From NCBI GenBank assembly GCA_004524445.1, contig SDNP01000009.1, positions 26,069-90,068 on the forward strand: a stretch of DNA of 64,000 nt. Direction: 5' to 3'. Both the position numbers and the translations under genes were made by a program. Shown here piece by piece: positions 1 to 10,128 of this stretch. The notes under the pieces are model-generated. The model was not told where the DNA came from and made no database searches. It saw only the letters and a list, made by a program, of their open reading frames with translations. This DNA comes from Candidatus Thorarchaeota archaeon (GTDB lineage Archaea; Asgardarchaeota; Thorarchaeia; Thorarchaeales; Thorarchaeaceae). The first letter of the stretch is position 1, and every line of letters begins with the position of its first letter.

Positions 1-425
1 GAACTGCCAACAATGAACAGGGTCAAGCAAGTGTGATAATGGACATGGGCAACGCATATGCTGACAAGGAAGATTGGACTAAAGCTGAAAAGACATTCAA
101 AAACGCCCTCAAAATCTACAAGGAGCTTGATGACAAGGGGGGAATTGCCGATGCATTGTCACTTCTGGGTGATATCGCAGAGATAAATAACAATCAGAAG
201 AAAGCAGCAGAATATTTCACAGAGGCTGCGGAATGCTATCTTGAAGCAGAAATCTACGATATTTCTTTGGAAGTTGTGGAGCGGGCAGAAGCAAAGATGT
301 GGGACATACCGAAGTCTACTCGAAGGCGTCTTCGGAAACGCTGTGATGCAGTGAGGGATACCCTTCCTGAAGATATTGAAGATGAAGATGATGATGACTT
401 CGACGAGGACCTCCTTGATTTCTAG
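1..425 (+). CDS. TPR-repeat protein, 5'-truncated by window edge, acidic C-terminal tail
   Basis: Frame is open back to the window start; TPR-like helices (MGNAYADKEDWTKAEKTFKNALKIY; LGDIAEINNNQKKAAEYF); D/E-rich tail. Confidence 0.75.
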   Translation, partial: TANNEQGQASVIMDMGNAYADKEDWTKAEKTFKNALKIYKELDDKGGIADALSLLGDIAEINNNQKKAAEYFTEAAECYLEAEIYDISLEVVERAEAKMWDIPKSTRRRLRKRCDAVRDTLPEDIEDEDDDDFDEDLLDF

Positions 426-539
426 TCATCCTCAATCAACTACTCACTGTCTAGCCGGATCTCCCACCTACCGTTAATGTCCCACTAGAAAACCCTATTT
501 ACCAAACGGGCTTCTCTCTCACAGGAGCTACGCTGCTGG

Positions 540-3500
540 ATGTCCATCAATAAAAAACTCGTCGTGTTATTGGTCTCTGTTCTTATTGTGGCCGCCACCA
601 ATCTGCCTATCTTGGCTCAGTTCAACGCCACTCAGTTAGAGGGGCATGTCAAGAGGAGTTCCGCCCTAGCAGCTAGTCTAGCCGCAAGTAGCAGTTCAAT
701 ACCGTTGCGGCGAGCCATTTTCGTTGCTGCGGATTCTGAATCCTACTTGGATGAATTTGCATATATGGCAGCAGTTCCTATGTCTATTTTCTATGATTCT
801 GGAACAAAGTATGTATCCCCTTTGCTCTACTCTGATGGCAAGGCTAAGCAGGATAATTTGCTAGAAGATTGGGTGGAATATTTGCAGCCAGATGGAGGCA
901 TATCTCAGGCGATATCCGTTGGAGATATGTCTGCATCAAGAATTACTCAGCTCCAGCGTCAGACGGGTACTCGTGTATATCCACAGATTATTGGGCAGAC
1001 ATCCCATGAGATAGCAGCCAAGCTGGCAGCTAATGACTGGAACGAATCCGATATTGCTGTTATTGCTTTGGCTAAAGATCACTTCGAGATACCGCTCGTT
1101 CAGGCTGAGTCCTCATCTTATGTATTCGAGAATATGCAGTTAGAAACAGAGCGCATTGAAAGAGCAGTGCCCATTGACTCACCTCTTCTCGTCAACTTTG
1201 AACCTCCAGAAGGCGCTGGCTGGATATATGGGGTCTTTAATTGGACCACAAGTGACCCCCTAGTTCATCAACTCAGAGATCCAGCAGGAAGAATCGTTGA
1301 CTACTCCGTTTACAGACAGGCTTTCTTCAAAAGAAATAGTGCATATGTCAGCAATTTGGTGCCTACCCACTTTTGGCTTCCGAAAAATATGGATGGTACA
1401 TGGGAAGTGAAAATTGAGCCGGGTGGCACGCTGATGAACAGCCTACCCATCGATATGACCATCACCTATTATCCTAGTTTCCAGCAAACAATATCAGTGC
1501 CAGCGAATGCAAATTGGCTGAATATTACTGCAGACTGGAGCAATGCTGGCACCATCGTGAACATGGCCCTAATCGATCCTAATGGTAGGATGGTGCAATG
1601 GGAGCCTTCTGAGAGTCTGCTATCGGGGGCTGGTGGGAAGAGTATGGAAATGCCCTATCCTGTGCAAGGAGATTGGAATCTTATCTGTGCATGGATGAAT
1701 CCAACCGATGAAACCAACGCTCTTGGTGTGGATTGGGCTATCAGCACTCTGCCCACGGGAATTGGGGGGTATCTTGAATCTGCATCGAATGGCGCAACAC
1801 TTGCTTCATTGTTGAACGTACCTCTTTTATATGCAAATTCCGATTCACTCCCTGCCATTACCGAATGGGCATTGAGTCGCTTAGGCGTGACGAATACAAT
1901 TCTTGTTGATCCAGCTGGATTGCAGTCTGGGTCTTTGTCAAACGATATCACTGCTCTAGTTAATTTAACCAATCTCAATACATATCCTGCTGTTTCCCAA
2001 ATGATTTCCAGCCTTTCAAACTGCAATGATGTCATTTTGACCCTTCCATTTGCAAATAATAACGAGCTATTCCCTGCAGCTTCTTTATCAGGCGCATTTC
2101 ATGGGGCACCTATCTTCTCTTTGGGCGGAGATGATAACTCGATGACCACACGTGCCGAAGAAACTTGGGCACCGTATTTGATTGGTCCCAATATTGATAT
2201 CTTCGTGACGAGAGGATTCGAAAAACGGATAGAGAATGGATGGTATGATGAACGGATACCGAATATTTATTCCATGTACAATTCGGCTGATTCCTTTGAA
2301 GACTTTCTCACACAGCGAGGTGCATATAACGATTCAGCGAACCAAAATATACTGATCTTATCTCGGACTGAAACGATAAAACCCAGTTTTGACAGATCAC
2401 TTCAGAGTCATTTCATACCTGGTCGCATTCCCGCCGGGACTCCCCAATCAGCAGCCTTCATGATCAATAAGGCTACACTTCATTCATTCATCTTTAGAAT
2501 TGCTGAATCAGCAGATACATCTCTGCTCACTATGTATGCTTACACTGACGGAGATACTTATCTCGATAATTTTGGCAATGCAGTTCAGATACGCCAGTAT
2601 GACGATATCGAAGCCGAATTATCATCTGTAGGATTCAGTATTGAGTCTCATATTGGCGTAAACGAGGTTTTCAATTCACTCAACTCACAAGTTTCTCTAT
2701 GGTCTTTCAGCACCCATGGAACTCTTAGCCAGTACCCTGACGACCCTCCACCGCGTCCTAATGGTCTCGGCGTATTTTCCCTTCGCGACGAGGATGCTCC
2801 TTACGGATTCGAAGTCAGTCTCTCGGAAACTACTGTGGATGATAATTTGGTTAATCCTGTTGTCCACAGCTCTGAGAATGCTCATCATATCACACGAACC
2901 ACTGATGATTTGGCAGCGTCTGTTGATTACTTGGGATCTCCCATTGTTACAACCACCGCATGTCTGCTTGGTGGGACAAAGTTGCCAAGAGTTCTAATGG
3001 AACGTGGAGCAGTTGCGGTGATAGCTGCACCTCGAACTGTATATTTCCAGCCTGCTGGTCTTCTTACTGTATACTTCACACAGGCTCTAGCAAATGGCAA
3101 TTCGACAGGAACTGCGCTGAACTATGCCTTGAGGTCCGTGTCCTACGATTATACTAACATTCAATCCTACACTCCAAGGGATTATGCCAACCAGCAGATT
3201 CTCTTTGGCGATCCATCAATTCTTTTGCTAAATCCAAATACTGTGGACCGAGTGCAGTCCGTTGACCCCAATAATACATTCGGCGCCCATACCCCTAACC
3301 AAGGAGTCCCCTCCATAGCGGCAATTGGGGCAACTTCATATCTCCCGAGCATCTTAGATGATCTTGGTGTTGAACATGAATTCTATATCGAATCAAACCT
3401 CTCCGAGTCTTTGCATCTCTTCAGCTTATTCAAAACAGTAATGATAGAACCTGATATTCTTGATACAATTGACAGCTTCTTCTCCAGCAGAATTGACCTT

Positions 3501-4400
3501 CTAAGAAGCTTTGTCCGCAGGGGTGGAACGCTCGTTGTTCTTGGAGTTGATGGTGAATATTCTTGGATGCCCACTCTTGTTTCATATAGTGTCGATAGCA
3601 GTGGGTCTGAAATAGAAATAGACGATGCAGGACACCCGCTCATGAGTATTCCAAATGATATCGAAGGCGACATTCACTATACCGGCGTCTTCACTCAGCA
3701 CTCCAGCAATCTGTCTATATTGGCAACCGCTGGCATGCATCCGGTAATATTGGCTGGACAGCATGGTTTGGGCAAACTCGCACTAACTACAATCGATGAG
3801 CAGGGCCCATCAAGAATCCAAATCATTGAAAACGCAGTCACATGGAATTCGCAACCATCCATTGTTATAGGTAGCATCCTTAAGAATCAGGAAATAATCT
3901 GGTCTGGGGATCGAGTTACTATTGAAATAGAACTTGTCGACAGAGAGGGAAACCCGATAGAAGGTGCTGAAGTTCACACCTGGATAAATTCCTCGCCCGT
4001 AGCAGTGACAGAATCTGGTAATGGATACTATTCGATTATTCTTAACGAGAATTGGACTTCTTCTAGAACAGGAATTTATGATATTCGGATTCATGCTGCT
4101 CTAAATGGAATGGACACACTTGATGCTACTATTCTTGATTTCATATTTATTCGACCTTTCCCATGGCCTGTAATATTGGGATTAGCTGGAGTTATGGTGG
4201 CAGTTGCTGTAATCTGGGTATATCGAAAGCGTAGAAAAGGCGAACCTATCTTGGAATATAAAGAGTATCAAGACTCGGATAGATGGAAAGAACTTACGCG
4301 GAAAGAAAGAGAGCGCCTCAAGAAGGAAGAAGAGGAAAAAGAGCGTAGACAAAAAGAGGAAGATGAAAAATTCAATCCCAAAGAATTCTTTGGGGTATGA
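540..4400 (+). CDS. Large membrane-anchored surface protein with a clan CD (C25 gingipain-like) peptidase domain
   Basis: Signal peptide; STHG and TTACLLG (His/Cys dyad spacing), RGAVAVIAA, QILFGDP; C-terminal TM helix followed by a charged tail. Confidence 0.6.
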   Translation: MSINKKLVVLLVSVLIVAATNLPILAQFNATQLEGHVKRSSALAASLAASSSSIPLRRAIFVAADSESYLDEFAYMAAVPMSIFYDSGTKYVSPLLYSDGKAKQDNLLEDWVEYLQPDGGISQAISVGDMSASRITQLQRQTGTRVYPQIIGQTSHEIAAKLAANDWNESDIAVIALAKDHFEIPLVQAESSSYVFENMQLETERIERAVPIDSPLLVNFEPPEGAGWIYGVFNWTTSDPLVHQLRDPAGRIVDYSVYRQAFFKRNSAYVSNLVPTHFWLPKNMDGTWEVKIEPGGTLMNSLPIDMTITYYPSFQQTISVPANANWLNITADWSNAGTIVNMALIDPNGRMVQWEPSESLLSGAGGKSMEMPYPVQGDWNLICAWMNPTDETNALGVDWAISTLPTGIGGYLESASNGATLASLLNVPLLYANSDSLPAITEWALSRLGVTNTILVDPAGLQSGSLSNDITALVNLTNLNTYPAVSQMISSLSNCNDVILTLPFANNNELFPAASLSGAFHGAPIFSLGGDDNSMTTRAEETWAPYLIGPNIDIFVTRGFEKRIENGWYDERIPNIYSMYNSADSFEDFLTQRGAYNDSANQNILILSRTETIKPSFDRSLQSHFIPGRIPAGTPQSAAFMINKATLHSFIFRIAESADTSLLTMYAYTDGDTYLDNFGNAVQIRQYDDIEAELSSVGFSIESHIGVNEVFNSLNSQVSLWSFSTHGTLSQYPDDPPPRPNGLGVFSLRDEDAPYGFEVSLSETTVDDNLVNPVVHSSENAHHITRTTDDLAASVDYLGSPIVTTTACLLGGTKLPRVLMERGAVAVIAAPRTVYFQPAGLLTVYFTQALANGNSTGTALNYALRSVSYDYTNIQSYTPRDYANQQILFGDPSILLLNPNTVDRVQSVDPNNTFGAHTPNQGVPSIAAIGATSYLPSILDDLGVEHEFYIESNLSESLHLFSLFKTVMIEPDILDTIDSFFSSRIDLLRSFVRRGGTLVVLGVDGEYSWMPTLVSYSVDSSGSEIEIDDAGHPLMSIPNDIEGDIHYTGVFTQHSSNLSILATAGMHPVILAGQHGLGKLALTTIDEQGPSRIQIIENAVTWNSQPSIVIGSILKNQEIIWSGDRVTIEIELVDREGNPIEGAEVHTWINSSPVAVTESGNGYYSIILNENWTSSRTGIYDIRIHAALNGMDTLDATILDFIFIRPFPWPVILGLAGVMVAVAVIWVYRKRRKGEPILEYKEYQDSDRWKELTRKERERLKKEEEEKERRQKEEDEKFNPKEFFGV

Positions 4401-4504
4401 CTTTGGAATGCGCAATTTTCGAAAGAAAAAGGTGTATTAGCATAACAACATTCAATAGATAACGAGATGGATTGCTTGTTATAAGGCAGAACTGAGGTAA
4501 TGCG

Positions 4505-4867
4505 ATGTCAAGCCGTGTTGATAAGATAAATGCCGCAATTAGAGATTTTGAAACAGTACCGGGAGTCGAAGGGGCTGCGTTGGTGTCGCTCGATGGATTG
4601 ATGATATCCTCTGCCCTTCCTGAGAGCGAGCAGGAGAGAGTGGCTGCAATAAGCGCTGCAATGTTGTCATTGGGAGAGAAGGCGACGAATGAGCTCGACA
4701 GAGGTAACCTCATGGAGATTTATGTGAAGGGCGATAAAGGCTATACACTCATGACTTCAGTTGGAGAAAGTGCCCTTCTATTAGTTCTTGCCAAGGCAGA
4801 CGCACAGCTAGGACTAATCTTTGTTGATATGAAGAGAATGTCAGACAATCTGCTGGATATTCTTTAG
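4505..4867 (+). CDS. Roadblock/LC7 (MglB-like) protein
   Basis: 120 aa; GAALVSLDGLMISS, RVAAISAAMLSLG, LGLIFVDMKR pattern. Confidence 0.9.
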   Translation: MSSRVDKINAAIRDFETVPGVEGAALVSLDGLMISSALPESEQERVAAISAAMLSLGEKATNELDRGNLMEIYVKGDKGYTLMTSVGESALLLVLAKADAQLGLIFVDMKRMSDNLLDIL

Positions 4868-4901
4868 TCAAAACACTGGCTAGTATCACTGCAGACAGAA
4901 A

Positions 4902-6164
4902 TTAAAGCAATTCAAGTATGGCATCTACCACGGCTTTTGCCACTTCGCGTTTTGATGATAAAGGTACCATTCTCTGGGTATCACCTTTGCCAATGATAAT
5001 GACCTGATTAGTATCTCCCTCAAAGGCAACACCTTCTCGGTCCGCATCGTTTGCAACCACCATATCGCAGATGCCTGATTCGATTTTTTCCTTTCCTCTG
5101 GCCACTAATTCCTCATCGGACACTCCTGATTCTACTTTGAATCCTACAATGAGGAGATCTTTACTCAGTTTCCTGGCTTCTTCTATTATTTTGTCGGTAG
5201 GTACTAGCTCGATTGTAAAGGGTTTCCCAGATGGGCGTTTCCGCTCTTCCTTCTTCGAGGGCGTATAATCCAATACTGCTGCTGCTGAGATGAATGCATC
5301 AATCTTGTCTGATTGCAATTTGTCAAGAATTGACTTTTGCATTTCTTGAGACGTTTCAACATTGATTACTTCCGCATTATCTGGCGGCTTCTCCTTCGTT
5401 GGACCTAAAACAATAGTGACCTCCCCACCACGAGAGAGAATTTCTTCAGCTAAGGCGATTCCCATTTTTCCGGTTGATGGGTTTGTGATATACCGGATTT
5501 TGTCCAACCAGCCACGAGTTGGACCTGCGCTCACTAAGAAATATTTTCCCACCAAGTCATTAGGGCCTACCAGAGTGAGAACATGAGATACTATGGCATC
5601 AATACTGGGTATTTTTGCCTTAGCCTCCTCCATCCTTGGAGATATGACCGTAACTCCTATGGCTTTTAGTTTCTTCACATTATCAATTACCGCAGGATGA
5701 TCATACATGCTCTCGTGCATGGCCGGAACCACGACTACTGGAATATGCGCCCCGATGCCTGATGATACGGTTGTAGTGACGGGTGTATCATCTATTCCGT
5801 TGGCCACTTTACCAATCGTATTCGCAGTAGCTGGTGCAACAAGAATAAGATCGACTCTCCCCGAATGCTTTCCGGCTAAGGTGACATGCTCAATCTGTCC
5901 TGTAAGTTCTGTCACCACCGGATTTCCTGTTGCCCACTCCAAAAGATACGGATGAATAATCTGCTGACTGGATGGGCTCATGACACAATGCACTTCTGCG
6001 CCATGCCGCATCAATCTTCTTGCCAAATGAACGGTTTCAACAGCTGCAACACTTCCAGTTACGCATAGAGCAATGGATTTGCCCGCTAGAAGGTTACTAA
6101 TGCTTCCGAGGATGAGTTTCGATGTATGTTGCATGACAGATTCATCTATTTTAGACGAGGACAT
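4902..6164 (-). CDS. coaBC: Bifunctional phosphopantothenoylcysteine decarboxylase/ligase
   Basis: VTGSVAA, APATANTIGK, VPAMHESM, SAGPT, RYITNPSTGKMG, AAAVLDY, VGFKVE, VVAND. Confidence 0.95.
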   Translation of the reverse strand: MSSSKIDESVMQHTSKLILGSISNLLAGKSIALCVTGSVAAVETVHLARRLMRHGAEVHCVMSPSSQQIIHPYLLEWATGNPVVTELTGQIEHVTLAGKHSGRVDLILVAPATANTIGKVANGIDDTPVTTTVSSGIGAHIPVVVVPAMHESMYDHPAVIDNVKKLKAIGVTVISPRMEEAKAKIPSIDAIVSHVLTLVGPNDLVGKYFLVSAGPTRGWLDKIRYITNPSTGKMGIALAEEILSRGGEVTIVLGPTKEKPPDNAEVINVETSQEMQKSILDKLQSDKIDAFISAAAVLDYTPSKKEERKRPSGKPFTIELVPTDKIIEEARKLSKDLLIVGFKVESGVSDEELVARGKEKIESGICDMVVANDADREGVAFEGDTNQVIIIGKGDTQRMVPLSSKREVAKAVVDAILELL

Positions 6165-6295
6165 GCTCGTTCTTAATCTATTCGAATGTGGATGGAAGTG
6201 ATTCCAACATGAATTTGATTCTTTTTACTGAAAATTATACTGGGATGATGCCACAAATCGAGAATCTTGTTGAGCTCTTACACGTACTGCATGCG

Positions 6296-6404
6296 AAAAC
6301 GTAGGTGGGCAAAGAATATATGTTGCATAATCACTCAGCCTTCCCACCGACACCGCACGCCCTAGTCGTTTCGCCGTCGGCCATAGCGTCGCAACAACAA
6401 GGGC
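6296..6404 (-). ncRNA. Candidate structured leader RNA (pseudoknot versus hairpin) upstream of coaBC
   Basis: Hand-folded stems with G-U pairs that work only on the minus strand; see findings. Confidence 0.3.
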
Positions 6405-6493
6405 AGAAATTAACAATGACTCAACCAAAAAGTCTGTAATCCAGAATAGGTGTGAATTGACGTGTCCAGAATTTCTTATCCCCGAGGAGGCAA

Positions 6494-7312
6494 ATGCTAA
6501 CCTTGAGGAGAGAGAAGAAGGCACGATTCGATGCCTATGAAAAGGTGGTTTCGGATTTTGGCACCCCCTCACAGTCTCTTTTTGTTGTAGACGGTGACAA
6601 CGAGGTCGACATTTTCAAACGTGACTTCAACGAGTTTCTGGTTGCTTCAAATAGAATGGAGAAGGACTCTGAAGAGTTACCATATCATATGGTCCGATTT
6701 GGGTACGATGGGGATATGCTAGATGATTTATTCCGATTGACTATCTCAGAAGAGGCAGACAATTTCGAACCAGCGAAGATGGACTCCAATATACTGTTCT
6801 CAAAACAGAGTATATTTCAGAATCTCTACGAAACCATCACCAAGGATAAATTCGCCATCTTTCACATCACCGAGTTTCCCCTTGCATACTATTTTGAGAC
6901 TGCCATAACAGTGGATGTAGAGGATCTCTCTGATGTCATGGATGGTGATGTTCATGATCAGACAATCCATAGGTATCTAAACGACCTCCGCCAACAGGGC
7001 AGTGAAGAACATAGGAAGACATACAGCTTCTTCTATAGAATCAGTACCTCTCTCCTGATGGAGCTTTCTAATGCATTCTTGGTCGTGCCTACTGCTGGTA
7101 TGAACCGCCATATGGTCGTCACCAGTTGGAGAACTCAGACTCTGCTTCTTGGCTTCAGTCCACTGACATGGTCTTCTGGCAGCTTCAAAGTATGGGATCT
7201 CAGCGGACGTGATATTGATGCTCGATGGGCATATCCTGCCCCACCACCGTACGATGATCCTCGCATAAAACAATACACCAGTCTTGTTCCTCTGGGAAAG
7301 CATGACGATTGA
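6494..7312 (+). CDS. Hypothetical protein
   Basis: 272-aa ORF with GAGGAGG RBS-like sequence upstream; no family recognised. Confidence 0.7.
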   Translation: MLTLRREKKARFDAYEKVVSDFGTPSQSLFVVDGDNEVDIFKRDFNEFLVASNRMEKDSEELPYHMVRFGYDGDMLDDLFRLTISEEADNFEPAKMDSNILFSKQSIFQNLYETITKDKFAIFHITEFPLAYYFETAITVDVEDLSDVMDGDVHDQTIHRYLNDLRQQGSEEHRKTYSFFYRISTSLLMELSNAFLVVPTAGMNRHMVVTSWRTQTLLLGFSPLTWSSGSFKVWDLSGRDIDARWAYPAPPPYDDPRIKQYTSLVPLGKHDD

Positions 7313-7391
7313 TAGACGAGTGTCAGAACCATTCATGTATATACATTTTATACTCATATATCCGCGGAAACAAAATCCTATACATATCTTT

Positions 7392-8348
7392 ATGAACGGC
7401 CCTGTTCAGGATGAGTTGACGGAAACATTGAAGCCTTCAGTTGGAACTGCAACAGCATTTGTTCCTGGACACATCACTGGGTTTTTCAAAATCCATGATG
7501 CCAGCAGCAATCTCTTGGAGAGAGGGTCAACAGGTGCTGGATTTTGTATCACAGCGGGAACCGTCACCACTATAGAATTAGTGGAACAAGACGAACATGA
7601 TGTATTAGTGACCTATAATGGTGAGCGCATAAAGGCAGAAATCACAGAAATGGTGGTTGAACGAGTGTCAGAATTATATGGAAAGAGATTCTCAGCTAAG
7701 GTAGAGCATGACTCAGAGCTACCCATAGGTGTCGGGTATGGTGCATCAGGAGCTGGTGCATTGGGTACGGCCCTTGCTATGAACTACATCCTGGATTCTG
7801 AAATGACACCCCAAGTAGCTGCACAATATGCTCATTACGCCGAGGTCGCAAAGCAAGGCGGCCTTGGTGATGTGATTGCTCAGTTCACTGGCGGGATGGA
7901 AATTCGAACACGTCCCGGTGCGCCTGGAATCGGAGAGATTGATCCCTTCAGATGCGAGTCGCCCGTCAGTGTAGTCTTGGCTGGTTCAACTGGTCTGGAG
8001 ACTAAGTCGGTGCTAAGCAATGAGGGATATAGACGCCGGATTAATGAAAGAGGAAGCCAGCTAGTCGGTGGCATGCGAGATAGGCCCACCTGTGAACAAT
8101 TCATTAAGGCTTCAAGAGATTTCGCCCATTTCACGGGTCTCATGAGCGATAGAATAGACGCAGCTCTGTCAGAATTAGATAATGCCAACCTGAAGAATTC
8201 TAGCATGGTGATGTTGGGAGATTCGCTGTTTTGTCTATGTTCGCAGAGCGACGTGGATAGAGCTCGCAATATACTGACTGATTATTGGATGCCCGAGGAG
8301 ATGCTCGTAACAACAATTGCTAACAGGGGAGGAGGTATACTACATTGA
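7392..8348 (+). CDS. Pantoate kinase (GHMP family); start may be TTG at 7416
   Basis: FVPGHITGFF, GSTGAG, LPIGVGYGASGAGALG, GLGDVIAQ, PGAPG; stop overlaps the start of the next gene. Confidence 0.92.
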   Translation: MNGPVQDELTETLKPSVGTATAFVPGHITGFFKIHDASSNLLERGSTGAGFCITAGTVTTIELVEQDEHDVLVTYNGERIKAEITEMVVERVSELYGKRFSAKVEHDSELPIGVGYGASGAGALGTALAMNYILDSEMTPQVAAQYAHYAEVAKQGGLGDVIAQFTGGMEIRTRPGAPGIGEIDPFRCESPVSVVLAGSTGLETKSVLSNEGYRRRINERGSQLVGGMRDRPTCEQFIKASRDFAHFTGLMSDRIDAALSELDNANLKNSSMVMLGDSLFCLCSQSDVDRARNILTDYWMPEEMLVTTIANRGGGILH

Positions 8349-9142
8349 CAGAGATAGAGATTCCATCCGACCACCCCCGAAGAGTATCTCTAGAAACACG
8401 TGAGAGAATAATTGAGGGGCACCAAGATAATATTGTAGCTACTGCAGGTCTGCTAGCTCATGGACGCGGAGAAGCGTTCGATTATCTAATTGGAGAAAAG
8501 ACTAATGACCAAGCTATGAAAGCCATCGATGCAGCAGTGGCGTCTATGCTTTTGGCGGATCACCCAGTGATTAGCGTTAATGGTAATGCGTGTTCCCTGG
8601 TACCAGAAGAGCTTGTGGAATTATCAGAGATTTGTGGAGCGCCACTAGAAATCAATCTTTTCTATTATCGAAAGGAACGTGAGGATGCGATTGTAACGGC
8701 CCTAAAGAAAGCAGGAGCAAAAGAGATTCTTGGCACTATTGAACGACCATCAGAGACTATTCCCGAGCTGAGCAGTAATCGGCGCAAAGTGGACTCTGAT
8801 GGAATAGGCTCTGCAGATTTAGTAGTTGTTCCACTTGAAGATGGAGACCGAACGGAGGCTCTGAAACGAATCGGCAAGTTCGTGGTCACAATTGATTTGA
8901 ATCCTATGAGCCGTACGTCCGTTTATTCCGATATTACTATCGTTGATAACATAGTTCGAGCAATGCCTTTGATGGTTGAACGTTCACGTGATTTGAAACA
9001 CGAACCTAGAGAGAAACTAGAAGCGATAGTCAAGGCTTTTGATAATAGGAAGAATCTAGAAACCGCTATCGAAAGAATTATTGAACACTTAGAAAAGCAA
9101 GCGGCTGGTTTCGCCAACATCACAAAGGAGGAAAATAGATGA
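8345..9142 (+). CDS. 4-phosphopantoate--beta-alanine ligase (phosphopantothenate synthetase)
   Basis: IPSDHPR, AHGRGEAFDYLIGE, PVISVNGN, VPLEDGDR, IDLNP. Confidence 0.95.
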   Translation: MTEIEIPSDHPRRVSLETRERIIEGHQDNIVATAGLLAHGRGEAFDYLIGEKTNDQAMKAIDAAVASMLLADHPVISVNGNACSLVPEELVELSEICGAPLEINLFYYRKEREDAIVTALKKAGAKEILGTIERPSETIPELSSNRRKVDSDGIGSADLVVVPLEDGDRTEALKRIGKFVVTIDLNPMSRTSVYSDITIVDNIVRAMPLMVERSRDLKHEPREKLEAIVKAFDNRKNLETAIERIIEHLEKQAAGFANITKEENR

Positions 9143-10128
9143 ACATTGTCATAATGGGTGCTGGAGCCATAGGAAGCCTATTTGGTGGTATGATGGAGAT
9201 GGCACAGCCTGGTGCTGTAACGCTGATTGCACGTCAGCCCCATGTTGAGGTAATCAAGAAGAACGGACTTCAGATAAAGGGTGTTGTGGGTGAAACTGTG
9301 TTGGATATCAACGCGGAAACAAGTGCCAATGGCATCGCGGAAGCTGACGTTGTTTTCATAACTACAAAAGCATATGATTCAGTTGCAGCTGCACGAAAAA
9401 TAAAGCACTTGATTGATAATGGAGCATATGTTGTAGTTGTTCAGAACGGTCTAGGTACTGAAAACCAGATTGCGAAGGTCCTTGGAAGTAGGAGAGTGCT
9501 CAGAGCAACCACATGTATGGGCGCTATCTTAGAGTCTCCGGGAGTCGTGAATGCGACTGGAGAAGGAATCACAGAAATTGGGTCACACTACCCTGAAAAC
9601 AGTGAACTGATTAAGATGACCGTTGAGCTCATCAATGACGCCAATATCAAAACACGGGGTAGTGAAAATATTGAGGGTGTAGTATGGACCAAGACTATTG
9701 TCAATTGTGGTATAAACCCAATTGGTGCAATCACTGATATGAAGAACGGTGAGGTCTACAGCAGTGCTGTACTGAGAGAACTCGTCATTAAACTAGTGGA
9801 AGAAACCGTTGAAGTTGTAAAGGCACTTGGAATAGAACTAACCACAACCGACCCCATTCGTTATACACTTGGTACAGCAAAAGCAACTGCCAATAATACG
9901 AACTCAATGCTTCAGGACATAAAGGCGCGCAAGAGAACCGAGATTGAAACGATTACTGGGGCAGTGGTTAAAATGGCGCATAAACTCGGTTTGGAAACTC
10001 CAACAAGTGAGGCCGTGTATGCGCTCGTCAAGGCCATTGAAGCGAAATACTTGGAGAACGAAGATGTTCCTGATGAAGATATTACAATGGCGACAGATGA
10101 ACTGATAAAGACACTGTCTACACATTAA
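9139..10128 (+). CDS. panE: 2-dehydropantoate 2-reductase
   Basis: GAGAIGS, TKAYD, QNGLG, WTKTIVN, NSMLQD, TEIETITG. Confidence 0.93.
   Translation: MNIVIMGAGAIGSLFGGMMEMAQPGAVTLIARQPHVEVIKKNGLQIKGVVGETVLDINAETSANGIAEADVVFITTKAYDSVAAARKIKHLIDNGAYVVVVQNGLGTENQIAKVLGSRRVLRATTCMGAILESPGVVNATGEGITEIGSHYPENSELIKMTVELINDANIKTRGSENIEGVVWTKTIVNCGINPIGAITDMKNGEVYSSAVLRELVIKLVEETVEVVKALGIELTTTDPIRYTLGTAKATANNTNSMLQDIKARKRTEIETITGAVVKMAHKLGLETPTSEAVYALVKAIEAKYLENEDVPDEDITMATDELIKTLSTH

Noticed and set aside
6235-6384. Minus-strand Cys-containing frame with an internal TGA (possible selenoprotein)
   Set aside because: Short, no recognisable family, no SECIS seen; better explained as structured non-coding sequence
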